Shown piece by piece: positions 17,801 through 27,772 of a stretch of DNA of 64,000 nucleotides. The translations under genes and the position numbers were made by a program. Every line of letters starts with the position of its first letter. The first letter of the stretch is position 1. Under the pieces are notes generated by a model that saw only the letters and a list, made by a program, of their open reading frames with translations, did no database searches and was not told where the DNA came from. The DNA is from an uncultured delta proteobacterium (lineage in GTDB: Bacteria > Desulfobacterota > Desulfobaccia > Desulfobaccales > 0-14-0-80-60-11), in NCBI GenBank assembly GCA_963705115.1, contig CAVPIX010000002.1:11555-75554 (forward strand), read 5' to 3'.

Positions 17801-17993
17801 GCGCGCCCACCGTGGCCGCGATGACCTCGGCGCTGGCGCCGGGATAGCGGGTGCTCACCTGGATGGTGGGCGGCACGATCTGGGGGTATTGGGACACCGG
17901 CAGGCGGTACAGGCAGACAAAGCCAATGATGATAAAGATAATAGCGATGACGTTGGCGAAGATGGGCCGCTCAATGAAGAACCGGGAGATCAT
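14853..17993 (-). CDS. RND efflux permease (HAE1, AcrB/MexF-like)
   Basis: MISRFFIERPIFA, LPVSQYP, GIVVDDAIV and KNAILIVEFA; 1046 aa. Confidence 0.97.
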   Translation of the reverse strand: MISRFFIERPIFANVIAIIFIIIGFVCLYRLPVSQYPQIVPPTIQVSTRYPGASAEVIAATVGAPIEQAVNGVENSIYMSSTSTNDGSYNLIITFNVGTDLNTSLALVQNQLTTATAQLPVEVREQGLTIKKVSTNILMVVSLYSKDNRFDEAFLSNYAVINMQYPLGRLPGVGQIRVVGAGPYSMRVWLDPQRLQSYNLTTLDVLAAIRRQNVQVVAGQLGGPPTPPDQVNQFTINALGRLSDVAQFENIIVKSQRDETAQLVRVKDIARVELSQQSFANYANVGGLRSAQIVIFALPDANAIDVADQVYKAVTEMSKDFPEGLNYIIRYDTTRFVRDTVAKVYETLLEAALLVLLVIMVFLQNWRATLVPATTIPVTLIGTFAAMAALGFGVNLMTLFALILAIGIVVDDAIVIVENSSYHVERGLPPKEATIKAMGEVTGPVIGITLVLVSVFLPAAFFPGITGQLFRQFALVIAATAVISAINALTLKPAQCALWLRPPSDKEPNWFYRHFNKVYAVLEHAYVVLVRRMVLHPKLMLLIFLLIIAAAAWVYSLQPVGFLPVEDQGYGILVSRLPEATSQPRARAVSNQIDGILEKTPGIASWVSIGGFSVLDGANISNISTTFIVYEPWSKRGSALSQENIIGGLNRQLASVPDALAFVLVPPSIRGLGQAGGFQMVVEDRRGLGLDELSKAVRELIAAGNSQSGLRGLTTTFSAGSPQIYLEIDRTKAESLQVPLNTVFETLQAYLGSSFVNLFNKFNQVFQVYIQADAQFRLRREDIKKLHVRNLKGQMVPLGTIMEVERSVGAELVPRYNLFPAATIFGSAAPGFSSGQALNLMEQVAANTLPQGMAAEWTATSFQEKQVGFQAYAIYALALTLVYLVLAAQYESWTSPVAVILAVPMALVGIVAAQAVRGYDNNLYTQVGLVLMIALASKNAILIVEFARDMRQEGLSITEAAVEATRRRFRPIIMTSFAFIMGVLPLLYASGAGAASQRAIGTVVFGGMLSSTLLAIPFVPVFFVLLQGLSERYERAKGQRAVSSEL

Positions 17994-19240
17994 GGCCCTG
18001 TTTTCGCCTTCTGTGGGGGGGTGGCGGCGTCAGTGGAGGCCGGGCCGGAGGCTTCTGGCTCCTGGCGTTCCGGCGTCACCGGCCGTCCGGGGATGGCCCG
18101 GATGAGATTGGTGGTGATGACCCACTCATCGCCCTGGAGGCCTTCCTCCACAATGCGCAGATTGTCCACCGGCGGCCCCACCTTCACCGGCCGCCGCTCC
18201 ACCAGGTTTTTGTCATTGACCACCAGCACAAAGGGGCCCTGCTGATCGTAGCTCAGGGCCACCTGGGGCACGAGCAGGGCCGACCGGTTCTGATTCAGGG
18301 GGATGCGCACCCGGGCGAAGAGGCCGGGCACCAGCTTGCCGTCGGGATTGGCCAGGATGCCCCGGAAAAGCTGGGTGCCGGTGGTGGAATCGAGGCTGAT
18401 GGCGGCAAAATCCAGATAGCCCTGGTGGGGGAAGCCCTTTTCATCGGCCAGGCCGACGCTCACCGGTATGCTCTTGGCTTTGACGTTGCCCGGCATGTCC
18501 TGGGAATAATCCATGAGCCGCAGGAGGTCCCGCTCGCTGATATTAAAATACACGTAAATGGGGTCGATCTGGTTGATCTCCGCCAGGACGGTGCTTTCCC
18601 CGGAGCCCACCAGGTTGCCCACGTCTTTTAGGCGGCGGTCGATGCGGCCGTCGAAGGGCGCCGTCACCCGGGTATAGCTCAGGTTCAGCTTGGCCAAATC
18701 CCGCCGGGCTTCCGCGGCCTGGAGCGCGGCTGCCGCCGCGTCCTGCTCATAGCGCCAGCGGTCCACTTCCGACTGGGACGCGGCCTTCTTCTGGACCAGG
18801 GTGAGATTGCGGGCCAATTCGGTTTGGGACTGGGTGAGGCGGGCCTTCTGGGCCTGAATTTCCGCTTCCGCTTCCTTGAGCTTGGCCATATAGGTGTTGG
18901 GCTGGATGAGAAAAACCAGTTGCCCTTTTTTCAGGTTCTCCCCGTCCTTGAAGAGGGCGGCCTCCAGGTAACCCTCCACCCGGGCCCGGAGTTGGACGGT
19001 GTTGATGGCCTGGGTGTTGCCGGTGAACTCGAGATAATCGGTGACTTCCCGGCGTACGGGGTGGCTCACCATGACCTTGGGGGGCGGGGGCGGCGCATAG
19101 ACATTTTTGTCGCCGCAGGCCGCGGCCAGGAACAGCAGAAGGAGTGCCGCTCCCCAGACCGGCCGGCGTCGGCTCTGCCGGGGCTCGCCTCGGTGGCGCC
19201 TATCCATAGACAAGTTCTCCAGGAGTGTCCTTGCTGTCAT
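17990..19240 (-). CDS. RND membrane fusion protein (periplasmic adaptor)
   Basis: V-x-LRARVEGYL, LNLSYTRVTAPFDG and PGLFARV; lipobox-like LAAAC. Confidence 0.95.
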   Translation of the reverse strand: MTARTLLENLSMDRRHRGEPRQSRRRPVWGAALLLLFLAAACGDKNVYAPPPPPKVMVSHPVRREVTDYLEFTGNTQAINTVQLRARVEGYLEAALFKDGENLKKGQLVFLIQPNTYMAKLKEAEAEIQAQKARLTQSQTELARNLTLVQKKAASQSEVDRWRYEQDAAAAALQAAEARRDLAKLNLSYTRVTAPFDGRIDRRLKDVGNLVGSGESTVLAEINQIDPIYVYFNISERDLLRLMDYSQDMPGNVKAKSIPVSVGLADEKGFPHQGYLDFAAISLDSTTGTQLFRGILANPDGKLVPGLFARVRIPLNQNRSALLVPQVALSYDQQGPFVLVVNDKNLVERRPVKVGPPVDNLRIVEEGLQGDEWVITTNLIRAIPGRPVTPERQEPEASGPASTDAATPPQKAKTGP

Positions 19241-20829
19241 TGTCGCTTCGGCCAGGGTGAGCCGGAGGGGGTTGCCTCCGGCCGGGGGGTGTGGGCCGCG
19301 GGCTCAAGCAGCCGCCCCCAGTTGGTGCGCCTGGCCATATCAGCTTTCACTGCGTCCGGCACGAAATCCTGGCCCTCCCTGAGTTCCCAACCCCCTCCCA
19401 GGGAGCGGTACACGCCCACCAGGCTCCGGGCGATGTCTCCCAGGGTGTTGGCCAGGCTTTCCTGTTCAGCGAGCAGGGCCTGCTGCGCCGTGAGCACCGT
19501 GGTAAAGTCGGTTTTCCCCTCCCGATATTGCAGGAGGGCCAGATCCAGGGACCGTTGGGCCGCCTCGGCGCTTTGGGCCAGGCGTTCGGCCCGTTCCTGG
19601 GTGCGCAAAAACGCAACCAAGTTATCCTCCACCTCCTGCTGGGCCTTGAGCACCGTGTTCTGGTAAGTAAGGAGCAGTTCCTGAAAGCGGGCGTCCTGCA
19701 CCCGCACCAGGTTGGCCAACCGGCCGTAATTGAGGATTTTCCAGCGCACCGCCGGGCCCCCCACCACATTCAAACTGCTCCCTTGGAACACCTCCCCCAG
19801 GGAAAAATTACTGGTGTTGCTGGATAGATAGCCGAAGGTGCCGGACAGGGAAAAAGCCGGAAACAGATCCGCCTTGGCCACCCCGATTTTGGCGCATTGG
19901 GATGCGGCCTGGTATTCCGCGCTCCTGATGTCCGGCCGCCGGCGCAGCAGGTCCGCCGGAATGCCCACTGCCAGCCGGGGGGGCGGCACCGGGATGGTCC
20001 GAGGGCCGGTGAGAATATCGGTGAGGGGGCCCGGGGGCCGGCCCAACAGCACCGACAGGGCGTTTTGGGTCTGGCGCAGGAGGCTCTCCAGCGCGGGAAT
20101 CTGGGCCCTGGTATTCTGGAGCACGGTCTGGGCCTGCTCCACGTCCCGCTGGGAGGTAGCCCCTCCCTGGAAGCGGGCCTCGGAGATTTCCAGGCTTTCC
20201 TGCTGGGTCTTCACATTCTGGCGCGCAATGGCCAGGCGTTTTTCCAGGGTCCGGTGCAGGATGTAAAGGTTGGCCACATCCGCGGTGAGACTCACGAGAG
20301 CGCTGTCGTAGTCGGCCACCGCGGCCATGAGGCTCGCGTCGGCGGACTCTATGGCCCGGCGGAATTTGCCCCAGAAGTCCAGCTCCCAACTGGCCACCAG
20401 GCCCGCCTGATCGGTGATGTAATCCCGGGTGCCCCGGCCGGCTGCCTGGGGGCTGCGCAGGCTGAGGCGGTTATATTCCAGAACCCCGACGGCCTGCTGG
20501 GTCTGGGGAAAAAACTCGCCTTTGGCAAAACCCAACTGGGCCCGGGCTTCCAGAACCCGCACCCCGGCAATCCTTAAGGGCAGGTTCTCCTGGTAGGCCT
20601 GGCCGATGAGCCGGTCCAGGGTGGGGTCCTTAAAGGAGCGCCACCAGTAGCGATAATCCGCAGGCGCGCTTTGCACCCTTTGGTCGGCCGCGTCCTGCCA
20701 GGCGGGCTCCACCTTGGTGTCGGGCCGGACAAAATTGGGGCCCACCTTGAGGCAGCCGCCCGCCAGAAGGGAAAAAATCACCGCGACCAAAAGGCGCGCC
20801 CGACCGCCTGGTTGGAAAAAGCCGTTCAT
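19237..20829 (-). CDS. RND outer membrane factor lipoprotein (NodT/OprM-like)
   Basis: LAGGC lipobox; WELDFWGKFRR, LLRRRPDIR and YRSLGGGW. Confidence 0.95.
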   Translation of the reverse strand: MNGFFQPGGRARLLVAVIFSLLAGGCLKVGPNFVRPDTKVEPAWQDAADQRVQSAPADYRYWWRSFKDPTLDRLIGQAYQENLPLRIAGVRVLEARAQLGFAKGEFFPQTQQAVGVLEYNRLSLRSPQAAGRGTRDYITDQAGLVASWELDFWGKFRRAIESADASLMAAVADYDSALVSLTADVANLYILHRTLEKRLAIARQNVKTQQESLEISEARFQGGATSQRDVEQAQTVLQNTRAQIPALESLLRQTQNALSVLLGRPPGPLTDILTGPRTIPVPPPRLAVGIPADLLRRRPDIRSAEYQAASQCAKIGVAKADLFPAFSLSGTFGYLSSNTSNFSLGEVFQGSSLNVVGGPAVRWKILNYGRLANLVRVQDARFQELLLTYQNTVLKAQQEVEDNLVAFLRTQERAERLAQSAEAAQRSLDLALLQYREGKTDFTTVLTAQQALLAEQESLANTLGDIARSLVGVYRSLGGGWELREGQDFVPDAVKADMARRTNWGRLLEPAAHTPRPEATPSGSPWPKRQ

Positions 20830-21021
20830 GGAGAAATCGTCTGAAAAGAAGCTTCTCTAAGGTAACGTGCCATCAAGGGCCGGCCGTCATCTTCATCGCC
20901 AGACCTTGACACATCCCAGAAGATTAAAGCGGGAAAGCCAGGTTAAGGCAAGCTCTTTTTGGCGGCTGGGAAAGGTATGCCAGGGCCAAAATAACAAGTG
21001 CGCCCGGTCTATACTTCTTCT

Positions 21022-21530
21022 GGTTTCCAAACTCCCGCTGGGGACCCATTATAGGAGGCATAGCTCTGCTTAGCACCGAAGTGGGGAACTCCGATGGGAG
21101 GCAGCCGTGAAAAGCATATTGGTCATCCTGAGCGAAGCGAAAAATCTCCTGTGTTCAGGGAGTCTTTTGGGATTCTTCGGTCGCTTTGCTTCCTCAGGAT
21201 GACACTTTGAAGGACTTTCGCAGAGATAGCGACGATGAAGCTGCCAGGGCCAGAGTCAGCCTGGCGTCCACGGGCGTCCCCAAGCAGGAGCTGGGGGACG
21301 AGACGACCGAGGTTCTAAATAATTCCCTGATACCGAGTCGCATTCAACTGGCAATAATAATGTAGCCGCAGGCTTCAGCCTGCGCTCGGGCACGGCAAGC
21401 CGTGCCCCTAAGATTAATTGTCGGTTGGCTGCACAATGGTATTAAAATCCTTTTCCTGACCATTTGCTCATGAGCCCTGGGCTACCCCATGAATTTGCCA
21501 AAGCCGGTGGGGCGGGCGTCCCCGCCCGCC
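21022..21530. repeat. Composite REP/REPIN-like intergenic mosaic
   Basis: Inverted pair gtcatcctgagcgaagcg...cctcaggatgac (21122-21203), gcgtccccaagcaggagctgggggacgag, and tgtagccgcaggcttcagcctgcgc (identical to 14672-14696). ggtggggcgggcgtccccgcccgcc resembles the copy at 14513. Confidence 0.7.
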
Positions 21531-21531
21531 A

Positions 21532-22242
21532 TTAGCCATTCTCCTCAATGGAATCCAACTTGACCGCCGCAGCCTCATCGGCAAAAACCAGGGCCTGGTC
21601 CCGGCGCACCCGGCCGGCAGGGATAGAGGGATCCCCAACCCGCAGGCGCACCAGCATGTCGGCCTTGTCCGTCCCGGTCACCAGCCACAGGATGCGCCGG
21701 GCACGGTTGATGATGGGATAGGTCAAAGTCAGACGGCGCCTCCCCTGATAGATTCCGCTTACGGCCACATCCCGGTCCATGACCTCCAGAACCGGATCAT
21801 CCGGCACCAGAGAGGCGGTGTGGCCGTCCGGCCCCAGGCCCAGGTGGACCAGGTCCAGGACCGGGGGCGAACCGGCGATTTCCCTGAGGGTTTGGGCATA
21901 ACGGGCCGCGGCCGCCGCTGGATCATCATCCTCCACCGGCATGGCATGGACCTGCTCCGGCCTAAGGGGGGCGCGCCCCAGCAGGCTCTCCCGCAGGTGG
22001 GTGAGGTTGCGCTCCGGGTCGCCCCATGGGGCCACCCGTTCATCCACCTGGAGGACCTGCACCCCTTCCCAGGGAAGCTCCTGGTCCGCCAGGGCTCGGA
22101 GCATAAGCCAGGGGGTGCGGCCGCCGCTCACCGCCAAGGTGAACCGGCCCCGTCCCGCCACCGCCGCCCGGGCCGCCTGGGCGATGAAAATCGCCGCCTC
22201 CCGGGCCGCGGCCTCAGGATTGGGAAGCACGATTATGTTCAA
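21532..22242 (-). CDS. pgl: 6-phosphogluconolactonase
   Basis: AVSGGRTP, QVDER, LGLGPDGHTASL and RLTLT; probable TTG start at 22242 after GGAGG. Confidence 0.92.
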   Translation of the reverse strand: MNIIVLPNPEAAAREAAIFIAQAARAAVAGRGRFTLAVSGGRTPWLMLRALADQELPWEGVQVLQVDERVAPWGDPERNLTHLRESLLGRAPLRPEQVHAMPVEDDDPAAAAARYAQTLREIAGSPPVLDLVHLGLGPDGHTASLVPDDPVLEVMDRDVAVSGIYQGRRRLTLTYPIINRARRILWLVTGTDKADMLVRLRVGDPSIPAGRVRRDQALVFADEAAAVKLDSIEENG

Positions 22243-22484
22243 GGGGGGTCCTCCATTCACCCAATCCTGACGTGACGAAATGCGGCTGGTTTCTAACGCC
22301 TCAGGATAATTGCGGAACAATTATCCCCCTTCCATCCTTCTCCCTCGTAGGGGCTTGATTCATCAAGCCCGGAGGGCGCCATAAATTGCGCCCCTACACG
22401 GGGTTGGCAGCATGGGCTTCTTGGTCTGCAGAAGCTGCCGTCCCCTTTCCCCAAGGCTATTACAACTATTTCAAGGAAATACCA

Positions 22485-23222
22485 TCACTCACTATAATTC
22501 CTTACCAACACCATGGCCCAGATGAGGCTCGCCGCGCTGTAAACCGCCAAGACCCCGAGGGAGACCAGGGCGCCCGTGCTCCACACCGGGGAGCGCAAAA
22601 GGTCGTTGGTATGGGTCAGGGGGAGACAGCTCACGACAATCTGCAAAACCCAGGGCATCTGGTGGATAGGAAAGAAGGTGCCGCTGAAAAAGGCCATGGG
22701 CATGATGAAAAAATTGCTGAAATTGGCGGTGTCTTCGTGGGTTTTGGAGCGCATGCCCACCACCACCCCCAGAGCCGCGAAGAGCAGGCAGTTAATGAGC
22801 AGGGTCAGCAGGAACACCAGGTTCAGTTTGAGGCTGCTCCCCACCGCGAGCCCTACCACCACCAAAATGACCGACGAAAACAGGCCCCGCAGGATGCCCG
22901 CGGCCACCTGGCCCCAGACAATGGCGGCCGCGCTCACCGGGGCCTGAACATAGACCTGAAAGGTATGGAAGTACAGGCGGCCCATGGTGAGGCCGTTGGC
23001 CACCCAGGTGTAGGAGTTGATCATGGAGCTCATGGCCAAAAGCCCGGGGAGAAGATAGTTGAGATAGGTGCCCTCATCGATGGCGACCTTGCGGCCCAGC
23101 CCCAGCCCGAAGGCCAACAGATACAGGAGGGGCATGAGAAAGGCCGACACCACATACCCCAGGCGCAAGAGGCGCCGCTGGAAGATCAAGATCTCCCGCA
23201 AAAAAATGGGATACCAGTTCAT
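22485..23222 (-). CDS. ABC-2 type exporter permease
   Basis: Six-TM pattern; YLLPGL, PMAFFSGTFFP and PLTH. Confidence 0.9.
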   Translation of the reverse strand: MNWYPIFLREILIFQRRLLRLGYVVSAFLMPLLYLLAFGLGLGRKVAIDEGTYLNYLLPGLLAMSSMINSYTWVANGLTMGRLYFHTFQVYVQAPVSAAAIVWGQVAAGILRGLFSSVILVVVGLAVGSSLKLNLVFLLTLLINCLLFAALGVVVGMRSKTHEDTANFSNFFIMPMAFFSGTFFPIHQMPWVLQIVVSCLPLTHTNDLLRSPVWSTGALVSLGVLAVYSAASLIWAMVLVRNYSE

Positions 23223-24064
23223 GCCGCGCTTTTCTCCCCCAGGCTCTCACCGGTGAGCCTGATAAAGACATCTTCCAGGTTCACCCGGCGGACGGTGACC
23301 CCTTGGGGTTCCTCAAGGGCGCGGCGGTGAGCCTCCTCCCGGTCCTGGACGTACTCATAATGCCGGCGGCCGTTGCGCCGGGATTCCACGGTGTAGGCCC
23401 CGGTCTGGGCCTTGAGGGCCTGGGGGGTGTCCAGGGCTATGAGGCGGCCCCGGTTGAGGATGCCCACCCGGTCGCAAAGAACTTCCGCCTCTTCGATATA
23501 GTGGGTGGTGAGGAGCACCGTCATGCCCTCGGCCTTGAACTGGGTGACGAGGTCCCACAGGGTGCGCCGCAGTTGGGGGTCCAACCCCACGGTGGGCTCA
23601 TCCAGAAAAAGCACCCGGGGCCTGGTCATGATGGCCCTGATCATAAGGAGCCGCCGCTGCATGCCCCCGGAGAACTCCCGCACCCGGTGGCGGGCCCGGT
23701 CGCTGAGCTCCCCCAGCTTCAGGAGGTCGGTGATGCGGCCCTCCAGATCGGCAACCCGATGAAGTTTGCCGTAGATGAGGAGGTTCTCGTACGCAGTTAA
23801 TTCCTTGTCCAGATTGATGTCCTGGGGCGACACCCCGATCAGTTTTTTCACTTCCAGGGGCTGGCGCACCACATCATAGCCGGCGATGCTGGCCTGGCCC
23901 CGGGTGGGCCGGGCCAAGCCGGTCAAGATCTTGATGAGGGTGGTTTTGCCCGCGCCGTTGGGCCCCAGAAGGCCGAAAATCTCCCCGCCCTCAATCTCCA
24001 GGGACAAGTCCGCCAGCGCCGCGATGTCCTGATATTGTTTGCTTAAATGGTCAATAACAATCAT
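23219..24064 (-). CDS. ABC exporter ATP-binding subunit (DrrA/NodI-like)
   Basis: GPNGAGKTT, FSGGMQRR, LFLDEPT and TTHY. Confidence 0.95.
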   Translation of the reverse strand: MIVIDHLSKQYQDIAALADLSLEIEGGEIFGLLGPNGAGKTTLIKILTGLARPTRGQASIAGYDVVRQPLEVKKLIGVSPQDINLDKELTAYENLLIYGKLHRVADLEGRITDLLKLGELSDRARHRVREFSGGMQRRLLMIRAIMTRPRVLFLDEPTVGLDPQLRRTLWDLVTQFKAEGMTVLLTTHYIEEAEVLCDRVGILNRGRLIALDTPQALKAQTGAYTVESRRNGRRHYEYVQDREEAHRRALEEPQGVTVRRVNLEDVFIRLTGESLGEKSAA

Positions 24065-24572
24065 AGCTGATGAAAGAACCATATTTTTGGAAAATCAGGG
24101 GGCACGGGGTCATGGACCTCTGCCCCTTTCCTCGCACGTCCCTTCCTGAGTCCTGCCACTTGGAAAACCGCGCTTTCGCCTCAGGGGCGGGCTGCCCGGC
24201 GTTGCCCCCCGATCTTATCGGCTTTGCTTGCCTTATAGAAAGTTATGCACCCGTTTTGAGAAACGCAATGGATAGCGCCACTACAAATGGCGGAAGACGC
24301 CGCGCTTTCCGGCCTGGGACCTGTTAAGCTCTGCCCAGGAAAAAGGCGGGCCCGGAGGCCCGCCCCACCAATGATAAGAGGGACCATTGCGACCATCCCT
24401 CGTGAATCCAAAAGTTTTTTATAGCGGTTGCCAAAGGCAATTCGGTCTTTTAGGGGCATGGCTTGCCAGGACCCCAGGGTACAATCTTTCTTGCTGGTGG
24501 CCGGGCGCGGCAAGCCGCGCCCCTATCCTTTTTAATTCATTTGACTGCAACGCGATATAAGAATGGCAATCC

Positions 24573-26075
24573 TCAGGATGTGTTATTCCCAGGGAAGGAA
24601 AGCCGGTACAGGGGCAGTTCCACCGCAAAGGTTGTCCCTTTGGGGCTTGTTTCCTTAACCCAAATCCGTCCCTTGTTCTCCTTGATGATGCCATACGCGG
24701 TGCTCAGACCCAGCCCGGTGCCCTTTCCCGGCGCTTTGGTGGTGAAAAAGGGGTCGAAGATCCGGGGGAGGTTCTCTTTCGGAATACCCCGCCCCGTGTC
24801 GGCCACCTCAATATAGGCTTTGCCCGCGGACTTGTGGCGATAGGTGCGCAGCGTCATGGTCCCTTGATGGTCCATGGCGTCCACGGCATTCAAAATGAGA
24901 TTGACAATCACCTGGCCCAGCTGATCCCTATCCCCTTTGACGAGCATGATTTCGTCGGAAAGCTCTTTTTTGATCTGGGTACCCATGAAAAATTTGGGGT
25001 CGCGGATGAGATCCAGGCTGTGCTCCAGCAGGGTATTGACGTGCAGGATTTCTTCGCTGTGGCTTTGCTGTCGGCTGTAGGTCAGAAGGTTCTTGATAAT
25101 CTTGCCGCACCGTTTGGCGTCTTCATACATGCACTTGAGATTCTGCCGCCGGGGATCATCCTCTTCAAGGGTGTTCAATAACAGATCGGCATAGAAAATA
25201 ATACCGGTCAGGGGATTGTTGATCTCATGGGCCACCCCGGCCGCGAGCTGGCCCAGGGAAGCCATTTTTTCCGCCCGGGAAATCCGTTGGGCCATCTCCC
25301 GCATGGCCTGCTCGTGTTTGAGCTTCTCCCTTAAATCATTAAACAAGCCCATGGTGGCGACTTCCTGATCGCCCTCGTAAATGATGGCGGCCGTGAGTTC
25401 CACCGGGATCTCTTCCCTTCGAGCATTGATAAGGGTGACTCTGCTCAGGTGCAGCTTGCCTCTCCCCCCCTTGGTACCGTCCCTCAAAATACCCATCATC
25501 GCCCTGGCCTGCCCCTGGGGGTAAAGGTCCTTGGCGGTTACATTTTTGGCCTGGGCCTCCTGCAGCGAATATCCTGTGAGTTCCTCGGCCGCGGGGTTCA
25601 TGGTGAGAATCCTGCCCTGGAGGTCAGCGGCAATAATGGCAGTGGTGGAGCTCTCTATAAGTTTTTCGTTAAGGTCTTTGGCGCCCGAGAGTTCCCGCTC
25701 GAGCCTCTTCAAGTTCGTGACATCATGAATACATTCCACGACGTACAGAACTTCGCCATTCTCGTCGAGGATGGGGGAGAACACGCGATTATCCCATTTT
25801 TCTATGCCATTGCTGCAGGTGACATACGCCTGGACGGAATGACCGCGGCGGTCCGACAGAACCTTGGCCAGAGCGCACGTTTCCATGGGGCAGGGCTCCA
25901 CTGAGTTGTAGAAGAAATCGTGACAGGTCTTCCCTACTATATCCTCTTTACTGGACCCGAACTTCTCCAGGAAATTCGTGTTCACGTCCACTACGATTTT
26001 ATTGGGTTTCAGGATCAGGGTGGGAACAGACAGGCTGTCGAAAAGTCTGTTTTTCCAGATGTGGGGAGTCTGCAT
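24573..26075 (-). CDS. Cytoplasmic PAS-PAS sensor histidine kinase
   Basis: Two PAS-like domains (first has GKTCH...PCPMETC); AHEINNP H-box; DTGRGI and GTGLGL; no TM segment. Confidence 0.93.
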   Translation of the reverse strand: MQTPHIWKNRLFDSLSVPTLILKPNKIVVDVNTNFLEKFGSSKEDIVGKTCHDFFYNSVEPCPMETCALAKVLSDRRGHSVQAYVTCSNGIEKWDNRVFSPILDENGEVLYVVECIHDVTNLKRLERELSGAKDLNEKLIESSTTAIIAADLQGRILTMNPAAEELTGYSLQEAQAKNVTAKDLYPQGQARAMMGILRDGTKGGRGKLHLSRVTLINARREEIPVELTAAIIYEGDQEVATMGLFNDLREKLKHEQAMREMAQRISRAEKMASLGQLAAGVAHEINNPLTGIIFYADLLLNTLEEDDPRRQNLKCMYEDAKRCGKIIKNLLTYSRQQSHSEEILHVNTLLEHSLDLIRDPKFFMGTQIKKELSDEIMLVKGDRDQLGQVIVNLILNAVDAMDHQGTMTLRTYRHKSAGKAYIEVADTGRGIPKENLPRIFDPFFTTKAPGKGTGLGLSTAYGIIKENKGRIWVKETSPKGTTFAVELPLYRLSFPGNNTS

Positions 26076-26109
26076 GGTCGGTCTCTAGGGCAGCGTCTGT
26101 CGCTGCCGG

Positions 26110-27471
26110 TTAAGCATGGGAGCCCCGGTTGCCATTGGCTTTGAGGTTGTAATGCTTAATTTTGCTGTGCAGCGTCACCCGGCTGATTTCCAGGGCCTCC
26201 GCGGCCTTGGAAATGTTCCAGCCATGAAGCGCCAGAATCCGCTCGATGTGCTGCTTTTCGTTCTCTTTTAATGATTGCGGCAGGTCCTGGGTGGAGGATC
26301 GCAAGAGAAAGGCAAAATCATCCTTGGTAAGGTAGTGCCCTTTAGCCAACACCACGGCCCGTTCCACCGCATTTTCCAACTCCCGGACATTGCCGGGCCA
26401 CGGATAACTCTTCAGGGCGCTGATGGCCTGCGGATTGATGCCCGCCACCGGTTTATTGGTTTCCTGGCGGATGCGTTCCAGAAAGTGCTGGGCCAACACG
26501 GGGATATCATCAAGTCGAGCCCTGAGGGGCGGAATTTCAAGGTCAATGACATTCAAGCGATAGTAAAAATCCTGGCGAAAGGCGCCCCGCTCGATCTCCT
26601 TGGCAAGGTCCCGATGAGTGGCGGAAATCAGGCGGAACTCAATGGGAATCTTCTCGGTGCCGCCCACGCGGTGAAAGGATTTTTCCTGCAGCACCCGCAG
26701 AAGATCGATTTGCATTTTGAGGGGGATTTCGCCGATTTCGTCCAAAAACAGGGTCCCGCCCTGGGCCATCTCCAGCCGCCCTTTTTTGGCCCTTCGGGCC
26801 CCGGTGAAGGCTCCGCTCTCGTGGCCGAACAACTCGCTTTCCAGGAGCGTTTCGGTGAAGGCCCCGCAGTTTATGGGAATAAAAGGCCCTATACTCCGGT
26901 CGCTCATGGCATGGATGGCCTTGGCCACCAACTCTTTGCCGGTGCCGGTTTCGCCCCGCAGGAGCACGGGAGAATCGAAGGTGGCCACCTGTTCGATCAG
27001 TTTAAACAATTGCTGCATGCAGTGGGAGGCGCCGATCAAATCATCGCAGCGCACCCGGCAGGCCACCTGCTCCCGCAGGATGGCATTTTCATCAATCAGC
27101 TTTTTTTGCCGCAGGAGTCTTTCCAGGAGGCAGGCCAAATCCGCCGGTTCGAAGGGCTTGGTGAGATAATCGCAGGCGCCCCGCTTCATGGCGTCCACCG
27201 CGGTTTCAATGGAGCCGTACGCGGTGATCATGACCACCATGGAGTGGGGGCAGTTCTGCTTCAGGTAATCAAGGACCTGGAAGCCATCCACTTCGGGCAT
27301 TTTGATATCGAGGAAGATGAAATCGTAGTCCTTCTCGTCCACCATATCGAGAGCAGCCCGGCCGCCGTCCGCGCCCTCCACGTCATAGCCCGACATCCTG
27401 AACCAGTCCACCAGGGATTCCCGCACAATCTTTTCATCATCGACAATCAACACCTTCCATCTGCCGCTCAT
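26110..27471 (-). CDS. sigma54-dependent response regulator (REC-AAA+-HTH, NtrC family)
   Basis: DIKMP receiver, [29 protein letters not shown] and Fis-type HTH. Confidence 0.96.
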   Translation of the reverse strand: MSGRWKVLIVDDEKIVRESLVDWFRMSGYDVEGADGGRAALDMVDEKDYDFIFLDIKMPEVDGFQVLDYLKQNCPHSMVVMITAYGSIETAVDAMKRGACDYLTKPFEPADLACLLERLLRQKKLIDENAILREQVACRVRCDDLIGASHCMQQLFKLIEQVATFDSPVLLRGETGTGKELVAKAIHAMSDRSIGPFIPINCGAFTETLLESELFGHESGAFTGARRAKKGRLEMAQGGTLFLDEIGEIPLKMQIDLLRVLQEKSFHRVGGTEKIPIEFRLISATHRDLAKEIERGAFRQDFYYRLNVIDLEIPPLRARLDDIPVLAQHFLERIRQETNKPVAGINPQAISALKSYPWPGNVRELENAVERAVVLAKGHYLTKDDFAFLLRSSTQDLPQSLKENEKQHIERILALHGWNISKAAEALEISRVTLHSKIKHYNLKANGNRGSHA

Positions 27472-27599
27472 AAATCACCTTGCTTCAGAATGTTGGGGTT
27501 CAGGGAGAAACGCGGCCTGAGGTCTTCATCTCGCGCTTGGCCCCGATGACCTGCCTAAAGCTGAACTGTATAGATATTTATCATTATGCTCTTTCCTTG

Positions 27600-27615
27600 T
27601 GCAAAATCAATACCG
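27600..27615 (-). promoter_or_regulatory. Putative sigma54 (-24/-12) promoter for the regulator-kinase pair
   Basis: Minus strand CGGTAT-TGATT-TTGCA (GG-N10-GC). Confidence 0.55.
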
Positions 27616-27772
27616 AACATTTGTTAGCTTCCCGCCGGCAGAAGCGGGCAGGCGCCGCGGCTTTTCTCTTGGGGAACAACTTGATATCTTATCAGAAAGT
27701 GGTTGATACCTGCCTGGCGCAAATACCCCGCTCTGCGATCCCCGGAAATTGGCCTTGGGCCCGGACCCTAAG

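Noticed and set aside
16386-18245. Long antisense ORFs (619 aa here; also 38483..41251, 42886..44286, 46094..47857, 26275..27549, 8159..9178 and others)
   Set aside because: Shadow frames opposite well-supported genes in GC-rich DNA, with no motifs.
20856-20872. sigma54 promoter for the RND operon (TGGCAC on the minus strand)
   Set aside because: No -12 TTGC element at the required spacing.
14853-24064. Novelty in the RND, pgl and ABC genes
   Set aside because: Canonical motifs and ordinary organisation.
24083-24570. Riboswitch (e.g. cobalamin) upstream of the ABC exporter
   Set aside because: No B12-box or other aptamer core recognised; the hairpins belong to the REP-like families.
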